Positions 19,558 through 29,599 are shown, counted from the stretch's first letter. The stretch: 40,000 bases of DNA from Escherichia coli (GCF_018884285.1 NZ_CP035817.1); one strand, 5' to 3'. Numbers and translations are program-made. The notes: generated by a model not told the origin, from the letters alone.

Positions 19558-20678
19558 ATGGCCAATAAAACTGAAAAGCCAACACAAAAGAAACTCCAGG
19601 ATGCTTCTAAAAAAGGGCAAATTCTAAAAAGTAGAGACTTAACCATCTCTGTAATAATGCTTGTGGGTACTTTATATCTCGGATATGTTTTTGATGTGCA
19701 TCACATTATGTCGATTCTTGAATACATCCTTGATCATAACGCTAAACCAGATATTTGGTACTATTTTAAAGCTATGGGGGTTGGTTGGTTGAAAACGAAC
19801 ATTCCTTTTTTGCTGGTTTGCATGTTCACAACAATACTTGTCTCCTGGTTTCAAAGTAAAATGCAATTAGCAACTGAAGCTGTTAAATTTAAGTTTGATT
19901 CATTGAATCCAGTAAATGGCTTAAAGCGTATATTTGGCTTAAAAACCGTAAAAGAATTTGTTAAAGCAATTCTTTATATTGTTTTTTTTGCATTGGCGAT
20001 CAAAGTATTTTGGAGTAATCATAAATCACTGCTTTTTAAAACTCTTGATGGAGATATCATATCTTTATTATCAGATTGGGGAGAGATGCTATTCCTTCTC
20101 ATACTGTATTGTCTCGGCAGTATGATAATTGTCTTAATTTTTGATTTTATCGCTGAATATTTTTTATTTATGAAAGATATGAAAATGGATAAACAAGAAG
20201 TTAAAAGAGAATACAAGGAGCAAGAAGGAAATCCAGAAATTAAGTCTAAACGCAGAGAGCGCATCAGGAAATTCTTTCTGAGCAATTGAAGTCTGATGTC
20301 AGTAATAGTCGTTTGATGATTTCCAACCCTACTCACATTGCAATAGGGATATACTTTAAGCCACATCTTTCACCTATTCCATTGATTTCTGTAAGAGTAA
20401 CTAATGAGGTGGCCTTAGGCGTAAGGAAATATGCAAAGGAAATCGGAATACCAATTATCACAGATAAAAAATTAGCACGAAAAAATTATGCTACCCATCG
20501 TCGCTACGATTATGTTAGCTTCGAAAATATAGATGAAATATTACGTCTTCTGCTGTGGCTTGAAGATGTGGAGAATGCTGGGCAACCTGTTCAAGATGAA
20601 CAGCTCTCTTCAGAAGATAAATTCATTGAGGGTGAAGACACAAAAATCGAGAATAAAGACGATAATTTAAAAAATTAA
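19558..20678 (+). pseudogene. epaS: EpaS, SctU/SpaS-family autocleaved switch protein with a 1-bp frameshift near 20268
   Basis: Frame 1 ends ...EGNPEIKSKRRERIRKFFLSN*. The shifted frame reads EILSEQLKSDVSNSRLMISNPTHIAIGIYFKP (NPTH autocleavage motif). Restoring one G in agg(g)aaatt joins the two parts. Confidence 0.88.
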
Positions 20679-20738
20679 ACATCTGTCGTAGTCAGAAATT
20701 TATAAGAATCTACACGCAAAAAGCGTGTAGATCCTTAT

Positions 20739-21032
20739 TTAATGAGTTAAACGATCTTGTGAAATGATAAGCAATTGATACATACTCATCTCTTTATAAG
20801 CTGGAACTGTAGTAACCTGTGCAAATTCGCGATATAGCTTTTGCTCCAGTTCTGCTGATGATATATATTCCGGGTGTTCGCTAAAGAACTGTCTTGCATC
20901 TACTATCGCTTGGGATTCGCCACTTCTTTTATTTTGATTCTCCTTTAATGAATTTTCTCTGGTGCATGCAGAGAGCAACGATATCAGCGCGATGGTTATT
21001 ATGATGTTACTATTATATCCTACTAATGACAT
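20739..21032 (-). CDS. InvH-like T3SS pilotin lipoprotein
   Basis: 97 aa; LISLLSACTRE lipobox; ARQFFSEHPEYISSAELEQKLYREFAQVTTVPAYKEMSMYQLLIISQDRL resembles the C-terminal part of InvH. Confidence 0.6.
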   Translation of the reverse strand: MSLVGYNSNIIITIALISLLSACTRENSLKENQNKRSGESQAIVDARQFFSEHPEYISSAELEQKLYREFAQVTTVPAYKEMSMYQLLIISQDRLTH

Positions 21033-21102
21033 ATCAACTTTCTCTTACGCAAGATTGGAGTTTAAAATAATGTTTATCCCATTCACAGAGTGCTATAAAC
21101 AA

Positions 21103-21534
21103 CTAAACAGTACCTTTTATGTTAAGTTTATTTAGGGCTCTTATTTTGTGATATGATATTGTTTTATAATCAATTCCTTTAATAATGGCTATTTGTTTTA
21201 ACGAGTAAGAAACACATAACCGCAGGATATCTATCTCATCATGGATAAGTGGTTCTTGTGTGGAATACACATTTTGTGTATGAAGATTTGAAACCAGGAA
21301 ATGCGTTAAATCAGATAATGTAATATTCTTATTGATCCTGATGAAATTGTTGCTCAAAAGGATGTTTACAGGTTCTGTATTTGGTTTGAGATTTCGATGT
21401 TGATGCTCATCAATAACAACGAACGAATGTCCAAGATCAACCAACGCAACTAAATCGCTGTAATATTCTTTTTGGGATGCTAATAATGCATTAGTGCCTA
21501 CAGTGAAGTAGACATCACTGGAAAAGACTTGCAT
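21103..21534 (-). CDS. etrA: LuxR-type HTH regulator, probably EtrA
   Basis: 143 aa; C-terminal HTH IHDEIDILRLCVSYSLKQIAIIKGIDYKTISYHKIRALNKLNIK. Name inferred from position next to eprH. Confidence 0.55.
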   Translation of the reverse strand: MQVFSSDVYFTVGTNALLASQKEYYSDLVALVDLGHSFVVIDEHQHRNLKPNTEPVNILLSNNFIRINKNITLSDLTHFLVSNLHTQNVYSTQEPLIHDEIDILRLCVSYSLKQIAIIKGIDYKTISYHKIRALNKLNIKGTV

Positions 21535-21791
21535 ATGCCCACCTGTACTCTAAAATCATTTAGGGTAAATATTACGTGTAAAATTTAAAATAAGAGTGAT
21601 TGTTATATTTGCTTAACATTGAGGGAATAGGGTTTATACCTTAAATTGTAAATAAAGTTATGCATAGAGGCATTTAAAATAGTTCTCGAAATTATAATTT
21701 TTTTATTCTGTGTCATCATAATTTGGTCATGAAATTTCCGTCTTGTTACACTACTCTAAACTAGAGCTTATGGAATTAGCGGGTGGTATTC

Positions 21792-22974
21792 ATGGAAAAT
21801 AATGATAAATTCTTATCACAAGACTTATTGGAATCTTATGCCATTCGTTTGTTGAGCGGACCATTGAATGGATGCGAGTATGAAATACTTAATGGGCGTC
21901 TACTTGTTATCATTGGTAATGATGTTTCGTTAGGAAGAAGTGATGCTTTTTCTGAGTTACCAGAAAACACAATAGTCGTTCCTTATGGCGAGCTTACAGG
22001 TAGTTTTGAGATAATAATTACTACCGACCCTGATCTGGTAGTAACATTCAGAGAATTAACAGCACAAGAACCTGAAGATAGAACGTTAACATTGAATCAG
22101 CAAATAGAAGTTTTAGGTCTCAAATTTGCTGTAAAAGAAAAAAATGAAGTTTGGCAGTATTCATTGCCAGGCATTATTGAAAATAACATTATTTCTACAA
22201 AACAACATTTCTTTAGCAGTAAGCTGTTTAAGTATGTAATGCTTTTTTTTTCTTTTTGCTATCATTTTTATTGCTTTTTATATTGTTAATGCTAGTAATG
22301 ATCCGCAGCTGAGACATATCGATAAAATTCTTGTAAACAAAAACAGGAATTATGAAGTTTTATATGGTAGAGATCATGTTATCTATATTAATATCAATAT
22401 TTTGGATGAAGCAGTCTGGGTCAAACAAGCACTGGAAAAAAATCAACCAGGAAAGCCAGTACGGGTGATAAATCCTGATGATGAATCGATACGAATTTTT
22501 TCATGGCTTGCTGATAATTTCCCTGATTTACAATATTTTAAACTTCAACTATTAGATGCCAGTAATCTAAGATTGACAGTGAGTAAGCAACGGAACGCTA
22601 TCACACAGCAACTAATCGATAATCTTATTAAAGGATTACTGCAAACTATGCCATATGCCAGCAATATAAGTATTGCGGTATTAGATGATAATGTATTGGA
22701 AAGTCAGGCTATTGAAACGTTGTCAGCGATAGGTCTTTCTTATGAAAAATATAAAACAGCTAACAATGTGTATTTCAATATCATTGGTACGTTAAGTGAC
22801 AGTGAATTAAATAAAATTAATAACTATGTTGACGAATATTATAAACAATGGGGTAAACAATATGTAAGATTTAATGTGAATTTGAAAAATCAGGACACAA
22901 ATAATAGTTCATTTAGCTACGGAGATAACCGATTCGAGAAGTCTCAAGGTAGCAACTGGACATTTCAGGAATAA
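21792..22974 (+). pseudogene. eprH: EprH, PrgH/SctD-like inner ring protein frameshifted in a T9 tract (22243-22251)
   Basis: The N-terminal cytoplasmic domain ORF ends after the tract. The +1 frame continues LFAIIFIAFYIVNASNDPQLRHIDKILVNKNRNYEVLYG...MDEAVWVKQALEKNQPG. Removing one T restores the TM helix. Confidence 0.85.
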
Positions 22975-22987
22975 TTGAGGAGGACTT

Positions 22988-23228
22988 ATGGCAGATTGGA
23001 ATGGTTATATTATGGATATCAGCAATCAATTTGATCAGGGCGTTGATGATCTGAACCAGCAAGTTGAAAAAGCGTTGGAGGATTTAGCCAACCAATCCCT
23101 CCGACACGAAATTTCTTGCCGAATATCAAAGTGCATTAGCTGAGTATACATTATATCGAAATGCGCAATCTAACGTTGTAAAAGCGTATAAAGATCTTGA
23201 TTCAGCAATCATACAAAACTTCCGCTAA
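22988..23228 (+). pseudogene. eprI: EprI, PrgI/SctF needle subunit with a 1-bp insertion near 23096
   Basis: MADWNGYIMDISNQFDQGVDDLNQQVEKALEDLANQ then, in the next frame, PSDTKFLAEYQSALAEYTLYRNAQSNVVKAYKDLDSAIIQNFR*. Removing T in caa(t)ccctccgac restores ANQPSDTK. Confidence 0.88.
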
Positions 23229-23247
23229 ACTGGATAAGGATTTTATT

Positions 23248-23579
23248 ATGTCAGTAAGCAATATGCCACCTATTGATAGAGCTGAGCAATCAACTGCTCA
23301 TGAAATACAGCAAGCGAAAGTGATTGATTTAAATGACCGGGTTCTCAATCTTGACAACCCGGATGATAAAATGATCTCCGCTTTTGCCAACTATGCTGTA
23401 CAAACTGAAAATTGGCAGCAAAATGCGTTACAAGCATTAAGGTCTGATAAAGAGGGGTTAACTCCTGAAAAATTATTAGTCTTGCAGGATCATGTGCTTA
23501 ATTATAATGTCGAGGTTTCATTGGTGGAACATTAGCAAGAAAGATTGTCGCTGCAGTTGAGACGTTGACCCGCTCATGA
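23248..23579 (+). pseudogene. eprJ: EprJ, PrgJ/SctI inner rod protein with a 1-bp deletion near 23525 at its C-terminus
   Basis: The ORF ends ...NVEVSLVEH*. The shifted frame continues GTLARKIVAAVETLTRS*, which matches the conserved PrgJ C-terminus. Confidence 0.85.
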
Positions 23580-24310
23580 AATATATATCATTATTATTGT
23601 TTATCCTGCTGTTGTGCGGCTGCAAGCAGCAGGAATTATTGAACCATCTTGATCAACAGCAAGCTAATGATGTCCTTGCTGTTTTACAAAGACATAATAT
23701 TAATGCTGAAAAGAAGGATTAAGGCAAAACAGGATTTTCAATATTTGTCGAACCAACGGATTTTGCTTCTGCGGTGGATTGGCTAAAAATCTACAATCTA
23801 CCGGGTAAGCCTGATATTCAAATATCGCAGATGTTCCCTGCAGATGCACTCGTTTCATCTCCACGAGCGGAAAAAGCAAGGCTATATTCTGCTATTGAGC
23901 AGCGGTTAGAGCAATCTCTCAAAATTATGGATGGCATTATTTCTTCGAGAGTACATGTTAGTTACGATGTTGATAATGGCGATAGTGGTAAAACTGCTTT
24001 ACCAATTCATATTTCTGTACTTGCAGTATATGAAAAAGATATCAACCCAGAAATAAAAATAAATGATATCAAGAGATTTATTGTTAATAGCTCTGCAAGC
24101 GTACAATATGAAAATATTTCTGTTGTATTGTCAAAACGAAGAGACATTATTGAGCAAGCACCAACATATGAAATTAGCGAACCTGTTTTTGCTTATGATA
24201 AGGCTATGCCGGTTTCTATCTTACTTGCATTAATATCCGTAGCGACTTGCTGGCTGTTATGGAAGTATAGGGCCATTCTAACTAATTTAGTCAGGTTGAA
24301 AATTAAGTAG
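23576..24310 (+). pseudogene. eprK: EprK, PrgK/SctJ inner-ring lipoprotein interrupted by an in-frame TAA at 23720-23722
   Basis: MKYISLLLFILLLCGCKQQELLNHLDQQQANDVLAVLQRHNINAEKKD*GKTGFSIFVEPTDFASAVDWLKIYNLPGKP... all in one frame. Confidence 0.9.
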
Positions 24311-24325
24311 ACATATGAGAGCGTT

Positions 24326-24907
24326 ATGAATCTTGCCCTAAGAAAGATTATATATGATCCAATTAGTTATATTCATCCTCAACGAGTAAGCTTGAATAAT
24401 ACACCTATTAACAATCCGGTGCTTAGATCTATTACCAATGAAATGATTGTTCTGCAGTACAATCTTTCAGTTGAACATTTTAATCTGAATAGTTCACTTA
24501 TTTACTACATAAACAATTGGAATTTATTTCCATTGTTCTGTTTATTCAGTGGTTATCACTTTTATCGAGAAAGGTTTGCAGAACGCGGATTTTTTTATAA
24601 GGTTCCTGCTGTGCTAAGGGATTATTTATCAGCTATACCGGTGAAAATAAATGAAAAGGCACGATACAAACCCGGCATCGCTAGCTATCACAATATCATC
24701 ACATGTGGTTTTTCAACGTTGTCACCCTATATAAGGCAACAACCATTGGCAATGCAGCAACGATTTAATTTATTATTTCCTGATTTTGTTGATCACATAC
24801 AATTGCCGTTACCACTTGCATCAACTCTTTTAGAGAGAATTACATTTTATGCGAAAAAAAATAGAGATGAGCTTGATAAAATCTCCTGCAAATGGTGTTG
24901 TGATTAA
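24326..24907 (+). CDS. OrgA/SctK-like T3SS accessory protein
   Basis: 193 aa; LRKIIYDPISYIHPQRVS resembles the OrgA N-terminus; directly downstream of eprK. Confidence 0.7.
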   Translation: MNLALRKIIYDPISYIHPQRVSLNNTPINNPVLRSITNEMIVLQYNLSVEHFNLNSSLIYYINNWNLFPLFCLFSGYHFYRERFAERGFFYKVPAVLRDYLSAIPVKINEKARYKPGIASYHNIITCGFSTLSPYIRQQPLAMQQRFNLLFPDFVDHIQLPLPLASTLLERITFYAKKNRDELDKISCKWCCD

Positions 24908-25555
24908 AAGAAAAATTTCTGATGGATTGAAATAAATAGTTTCTCTTAAAGAAAGTATCCTTCTTGAAACCAGCGCAAAAATTCAGAGCATTGAGGTAAA
25001 GAGAGAAGAAAAATTTATTCAAGGTTATTATGATGGCTATACAAAAGGCATTATTGATGTGATGGATAATTTTATACCCTTGATAAGCTTGTTGAGCTCA
25101 GAACTAGAAAAAAAAGAATAAACATGATAAACGATCTGAAGAGTATATTGTTAAAATCCTCAGAGGAAGTTGATGTTTTTATCAAAATTTTTGAAAGTTG
25201 GAGAAAAAAATTACCGGCAATATCAGGTCCTGTAAATCTCTTTATACCTACCAGATTCAAAGATAAGTATCTTGAAGTAGAGTCATATTTTGTCGACAAA
25301 TCAATATGGAATGTCCATATTACATTTCATGATGATAAGCGTTTTGTGTTTTTTACCGATCAATTTATTGCTGAATTTAGTCCGCAGGAATTTGTGGATA
25401 ATTGTGAGCAATATTTAATTAATAATCATTGTTTCTCCCCTGACAAGGTTAACGAAATCTGCGAACAAGCCAGACATTATTTAGTTGAAAAAATGTTTGA
25501 AACACATTCTTTGGATATGAATAATTCTGTTTTGGCAAGCCCTGAGGACTTATAG
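24903..25555 (+). pseudogene. OrgB/SctL-like stator protein with an in-frame TAA (24933-24935) and a frameshift in an A8 tract (25108-25115)
   Basis: IKRKISDGLK*IVSLKESILLETSAKIQSIE...YYDGYTKGIIDVMDNFIPL... then the shifted frame ...MINDLKSILLK...FTDQFIAEFSPQEFVDNCEQ resembles OrgB DQIAEFSPEQFV. Confidence 0.7.
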
Positions 25556-25775
25556 CTCCCTGGCTCAAGTTTAATGATTTGAATATAATCTAATTGTAAT
25601 ATTTTAATCATCTCATGATTTTTTAATGCCTGTGGTATTTTTTACGAAAAAATTTTATTTTTAATTATATTTCATTATTATTTCATCAATGTATTCTTTG
25701 GATTTTGCTTATAATAATAATGGAAGGGATGATTATAAATGAATGCGTTAAAGCATTTACACTCAGGATGAATAT

Positions 25776-26408
25776 ATGGGAAAAATTAAAATTGTAGTTT
25801 CAGATCAGCAGCCGTTTATGATTGATGGGATAATTGGATTTCTCGGACATTATCCTGATTTATATAAGGTTGTTGGGGGCTATAAAGATCTGAAGAAAGC
25901 TATAGCGGAGTGTAACAAATCTACAGCCTAAATATTTATTTTAGGAGAATTTGCAGGTGGAATGATGGGGTCCGAACTCGTAAAATGGGTTAAATCGCAT
26001 AAGATAGATGCTCATATTATTACATTTGTAGCAAAGATGCCGTATATTGATTCAATAAAATTGCTTGAAGCAGGTGCGAAAGGATGCGTATGGAAAACCA
26101 GTCACCCGGCGAAACTAAATCGTGCTATTGATTCGATTAGTAATGGTTACACTTATTTTGATAGTGTACATATGGATTGTGAAAAAATATCTTCCAGGTA
26201 TTCCTCTGATAATCAACTTACAAATCGTGAGTCAGAAATATTACAACTCATAGCTGATGGTAAAACAAACAAAGAAATCGCTAATTTCTTGCAGTTAAGC
26301 AGAAAAAAAGTCGAAACTCATAGACTCAATATCATGAAGAAATTAGATGTTCACAGTGGTATCGAGTTGATCAAAACAGCTTTACGTATGGGTGTTTGCA
26401 CTATATAA
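25776..26408 (+). pseudogene. ygeK: YgeK, NarL/LuxR-family response regulator interrupted by an in-frame TAA at 25929-25931
   Basis: [51 protein letters not shown] and the downstream 148-aa ORF share a frame; [46 protein letters not shown]. Confidence 0.85.
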
Positions 26409-26452
26409 AAAAAAGAGGCTTTAGGCTCATTTTGCTGAAGCCTTACGATTGT

Positions 26453-26929
26453 CTAGTTCATTAAGCCTGGTATATACAATATATATTTTGGGGCATATTG
26501 CTGTCTCTTTTTTTGGTTATCCATTGCAAAACCCGCATTATAAGTCCCCAGGCATTGCCACGTTACTCCACAACGTGAAAAATGGTTATATAAAATCTCG
26601 GTTCCTATTTTAATGTTCAGACAAGGGTTATCTAACAAATCTCGTTCATCTTTTATTATTCCACGTTTTTTTAACAGGGGAATATGCATCTGGTTTATCT
26701 GCATTAACCAATAATCTAAACTCTTTATATTGTTATTCTTATCTCTGTTCTTGCCTATGCTATCCTTTTTTAGATTGCTTTCAACAAGAGCGATAGCTTT
26801 AATTAAATTTGGTTCGATTCTGAACATTGTTCCTGCTTCATTAGAGCAAGAGTTGCTGGCGAAAGACATTTTTGTAATAAATATACAAAACGTGAAGATG
26901 GTTAAGAATTTAACTTTTGGTGAGCGCAT
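26453..26929 (-). CDS. pbl: IagB-like lytic transglycosylase, intact
   Basis: 158 aa; signal peptide, FRIEPNLIKAIALVESN catalytic Glu motif, LMQINQMHI, TYNAG. Symbol assigned by position. Confidence 0.75.
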   Translation of the reverse strand: MRSPKVKFLTIFTFCIFITKMSFASNSCSNEAGTMFRIEPNLIKAIALVESNLKKDSIGKNRDKNNNIKSLDYWLMQINQMHIPLLKKRGIIKDERDLLDNPCLNIKIGTEILYNHFSRCGVTWQCLGTYNAGFAMDNQKKRQQYAPKYILYIPGLMN

Positions 26930-27011
26930 ATTTTTTCATGTGTGAGGATTGAATGAAAGGGAGGAGATACTATTATAAAAGTATCTCGTTATGATTTATT
27001 TGGTCAATCGT

Positions 27012-27230
27012 CTACCATTCAATTTTATAGTAAGGTGAGATAGGATTATCTTCTGAATACATATCATTTTGAAAAGGCGCCATCCATGTTGAAACTATAA
27101 ATGCTTGTATTTGATCCGTATCAGTAGCACTGGTGTTGATGTGTTTATCTAATGATACGACTTCATCACCCGTTGCATTCGCTATATTTGAACTTTGAGA
27201 TAAATTATTGATACCGATTGGATTAGTCAT
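27012..27230 (-). CDS. ygeI: YgeI, small protein of unknown function
   Basis: MTNPIGINNLSQ start gives 72 aa; position between pbl and ygeH. Confidence 0.65.
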   Translation of the reverse strand: MTNPIGINNLSQSSNIANATGDEVVSLDKHINTSATDTDQIQAFIVSTWMAPFQNDMYSEDNPISPYYKIEW

Positions 27231-27397
27231 AAAGCTCCCTTTTTTAATTGTCCAGGCCAATGGTCTTTACATCATACTTTTAACTCTAGAGCATTTTAAA
27301 TATCTTGCAATAAGGTGAATATCTTAGATATTTTTATCTCTGTTGTTTAAATAACAAGTTGCATACATCTAAATAATAAAATTGCGTCAATAAAAAT

Positions 27398-28774
27398 TTA
27401 TCGCATACAAATTCTCGTCAGCTGCTTTAATTTCAAAATGTTGTCAATTATAACTCGATGGCTTTCACTCTCAGTTTCTTTATAGTAGAGTTTAATGTTG
27501 TTTTTGAGCGGGTTAGGCACATACATATCTACACATTCTTTTATCACAACTGCTTTTCGTCTTCTGGGTTCGAGTTGTAGTGATTTGTCTATACAAATCC
27601 TTGCCTCTTCAATTTTTTCATTATGAAAGTGGACTAGTGCCCTATAGTAGTAGAGAGAGGCTATATCAGTTGAGTGTATCTTAGCCTGTTCAAATAAGAT
27701 ATGAGATACTTTTGCTTGTCCAGACAGACCAGTTATCAGTCCCATAATAGCTAAAATTTTTCCATCGACAGTGGTTATGTCTGATACATAATCTAAAAGC
27801 TCTAATGCTTTTTGAGCAGCAAGTTCAAGTTCACTTTTTCCATGAAGTGCCAAAGACATATGGCATTCCGCTAGAAGGCAATAACATTCTGTTTTTAGCG
27901 TCTGTATATCACTTTTATTTTGTAATCTATCAAATATAGTCATGGCCCTGTAAATGCTTTCAGGGGTGAAGTCGTAAAGTTCTTTCTTTCCGGCTAACAT
28001 TTCATCTGATAAATAATGATTCTTATATCCTTGGTCCTGCTTAGCTAATCTTACAGATCGTTCTGGTTTATGTACCGTTTGAAGGATATTATCTATAATA
28101 AATTGTGATGTATTATGTAGTTCATCAACAGGGAGATGATTACTGGCGATGAGGAAAAGGTTTTTAGCGTCGATCAACTCAATGTATAAAGTGTTCACTG
28201 CATTATTCTGGTTTATTCTTCCTGTAACGAAATAATCTGGCTTGAATCTGCTCAAGAATGAATTTTGAGATATGTGATCATTACAAAAATTTGTCGCAGC
28301 CATCGGATAGGTATAGAGACCATCGATTTTTTTATTTGAAATGATTTGCACTAATTCCTGATTAAGTATTAATGGATCCAGTGTATTCAACGAAGTAGTG
28401 AAAGGGAATATAGCTATGGAATAGTCTGAAGTATTATCTTCATTAATTTTAGTTTTGAAAACCTGCCCGCTGAAACGATAACCTTTCCGGTAGATTGTTT
28501 CTATGCAACGATCATAGCCAATTTTTTCAAAAATGCAGCGCAAAGAATAGATACATCTTGTCAGGGACTCGTCACTAACAATAATATTTTTCCATACTGA
28601 TTCGATGATCATATCTTTCAGTACAACATGACCAGCGGATTCAAGTAATACTATTAATACACCTAACTCTTTCTGTGGAATATAAACTTGCTCATTTCCT
28701 TGAGTAAGAATTCCATCTTCCGTGAGCGTTAATCCCTCAAGAAAATGATATGAGAATTTATTTTCTAAGTCCAT
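27398..28774 (-). CDS. ygeH: HilA/ToxR-like winged-HTH transcriptional regulator with TPR-like C-terminal region
   Basis: 458 aa; N-terminal w[35 protein letters not shown]; repeat-rich C-terminus. Confidence 0.85.
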
Positions 28775-29107
28775 TAGTTAACCTCTATGAAAAAATTGGT
28801 TTCTTGCATCCTGCTTAAGCAATAGAAATTATGGCTATTCATATTTATGTGTCATTAACGTTACAGGAAATTACATTCGACATTCTATGGTTGTGTTCAC
28901 TAATTTATCTTAGGAATTCAGTGATGTAATCTGAAATAGCCTTATTCAATTTTGATAAAGTAGATTGTTCTCTAACGCATTGAAAAATAATGATTTATAG
29001 TATGCTCTTAACTGTTTTAAGATGCTGATTTAAGAAAACATAAGAGGTGCTGGTTATAGTGGTTAACTGCACTATAACCAGCAAATTTAACCAAATGATT
29101 GTAATGC

Positions 29108-29599
29108 TTAGCCATTATCTTCTGAATTATCGTTTAAGAGTTCAATATATGCCTGCGCTTTACTCTTAACACTATCATCCTCACAATTGTTAATAATGTG
29201 ATAGAAACATTGCATTGCGTTATCGATATTTTTAGCCCCAATCTGACATTGACCCATACGATAAATAACTGAATAGTCATCATACGGGAAGTAATTGTAA
29301 CTTAGTTTGTAAAGGTCATATGCTTGTTGATATTTCTTTTTTGACTGACATACTGATGCAAAACCTTCTAGATACTCATGATTTTCGAACGCATAAATGC
29401 ACAAAAATTTATAATAAATTTCTGCGTCCGTTACATTACCCTTTTCATGGTAGTCGAATGCATATGCATATATTCTATCAAGGATATCAGGAGTTAAACC
29501 ATGTAGTAATGCCAGATTTTCTCCTTTCGATAATAGGTGTTTTAGTTGATTTGCCCATTCATCACTATTATTGAATATTTCAATTGTTTCTGTGCTCAT
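29108..29599 (-). CDS. ygeG: SicA/IpgC-like TPR class II T3SS chaperone
   Basis: 163 aa; EIYYKFLCIYAFENHEYLEGFASVCQSKKKYQQAYDLYKLSYNYFPYDDYSVIYRMGQCQI TPR pattern. Confidence 0.85.
   Translation of the reverse strand: MSTETIEIFNNSDEWANQLKHLLSKGENLALLHGLTPDILDRIYAYAFDYHEKGNVTDAEIYYKFLCIYAFENHEYLEGFASVCQSKKKYQQAYDLYKLSYNYFPYDDYSVIYRMGQCQIGAKNIDNAMQCFYHIINNCEDDSVKSKAQAYIELLNDNSEDNG

Noticed and set aside
24840-25022. 60-aa minus-strand ORF
   Set aside because: Antisense across the orgA/orgB-like junction; the plus-strand frames match known T3SS proteins.
17271-25931. Possibility of stop-codon recoding (for example selenocysteine or a suppressor-based system) in the ETT2 genes
   Set aside because: TGA, TAG and TAA are all used, and frameshifts accompany them; pseudogene decay is the simpler explanation. 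No SECIS-like hairpin was apparent after the epaO TGA.
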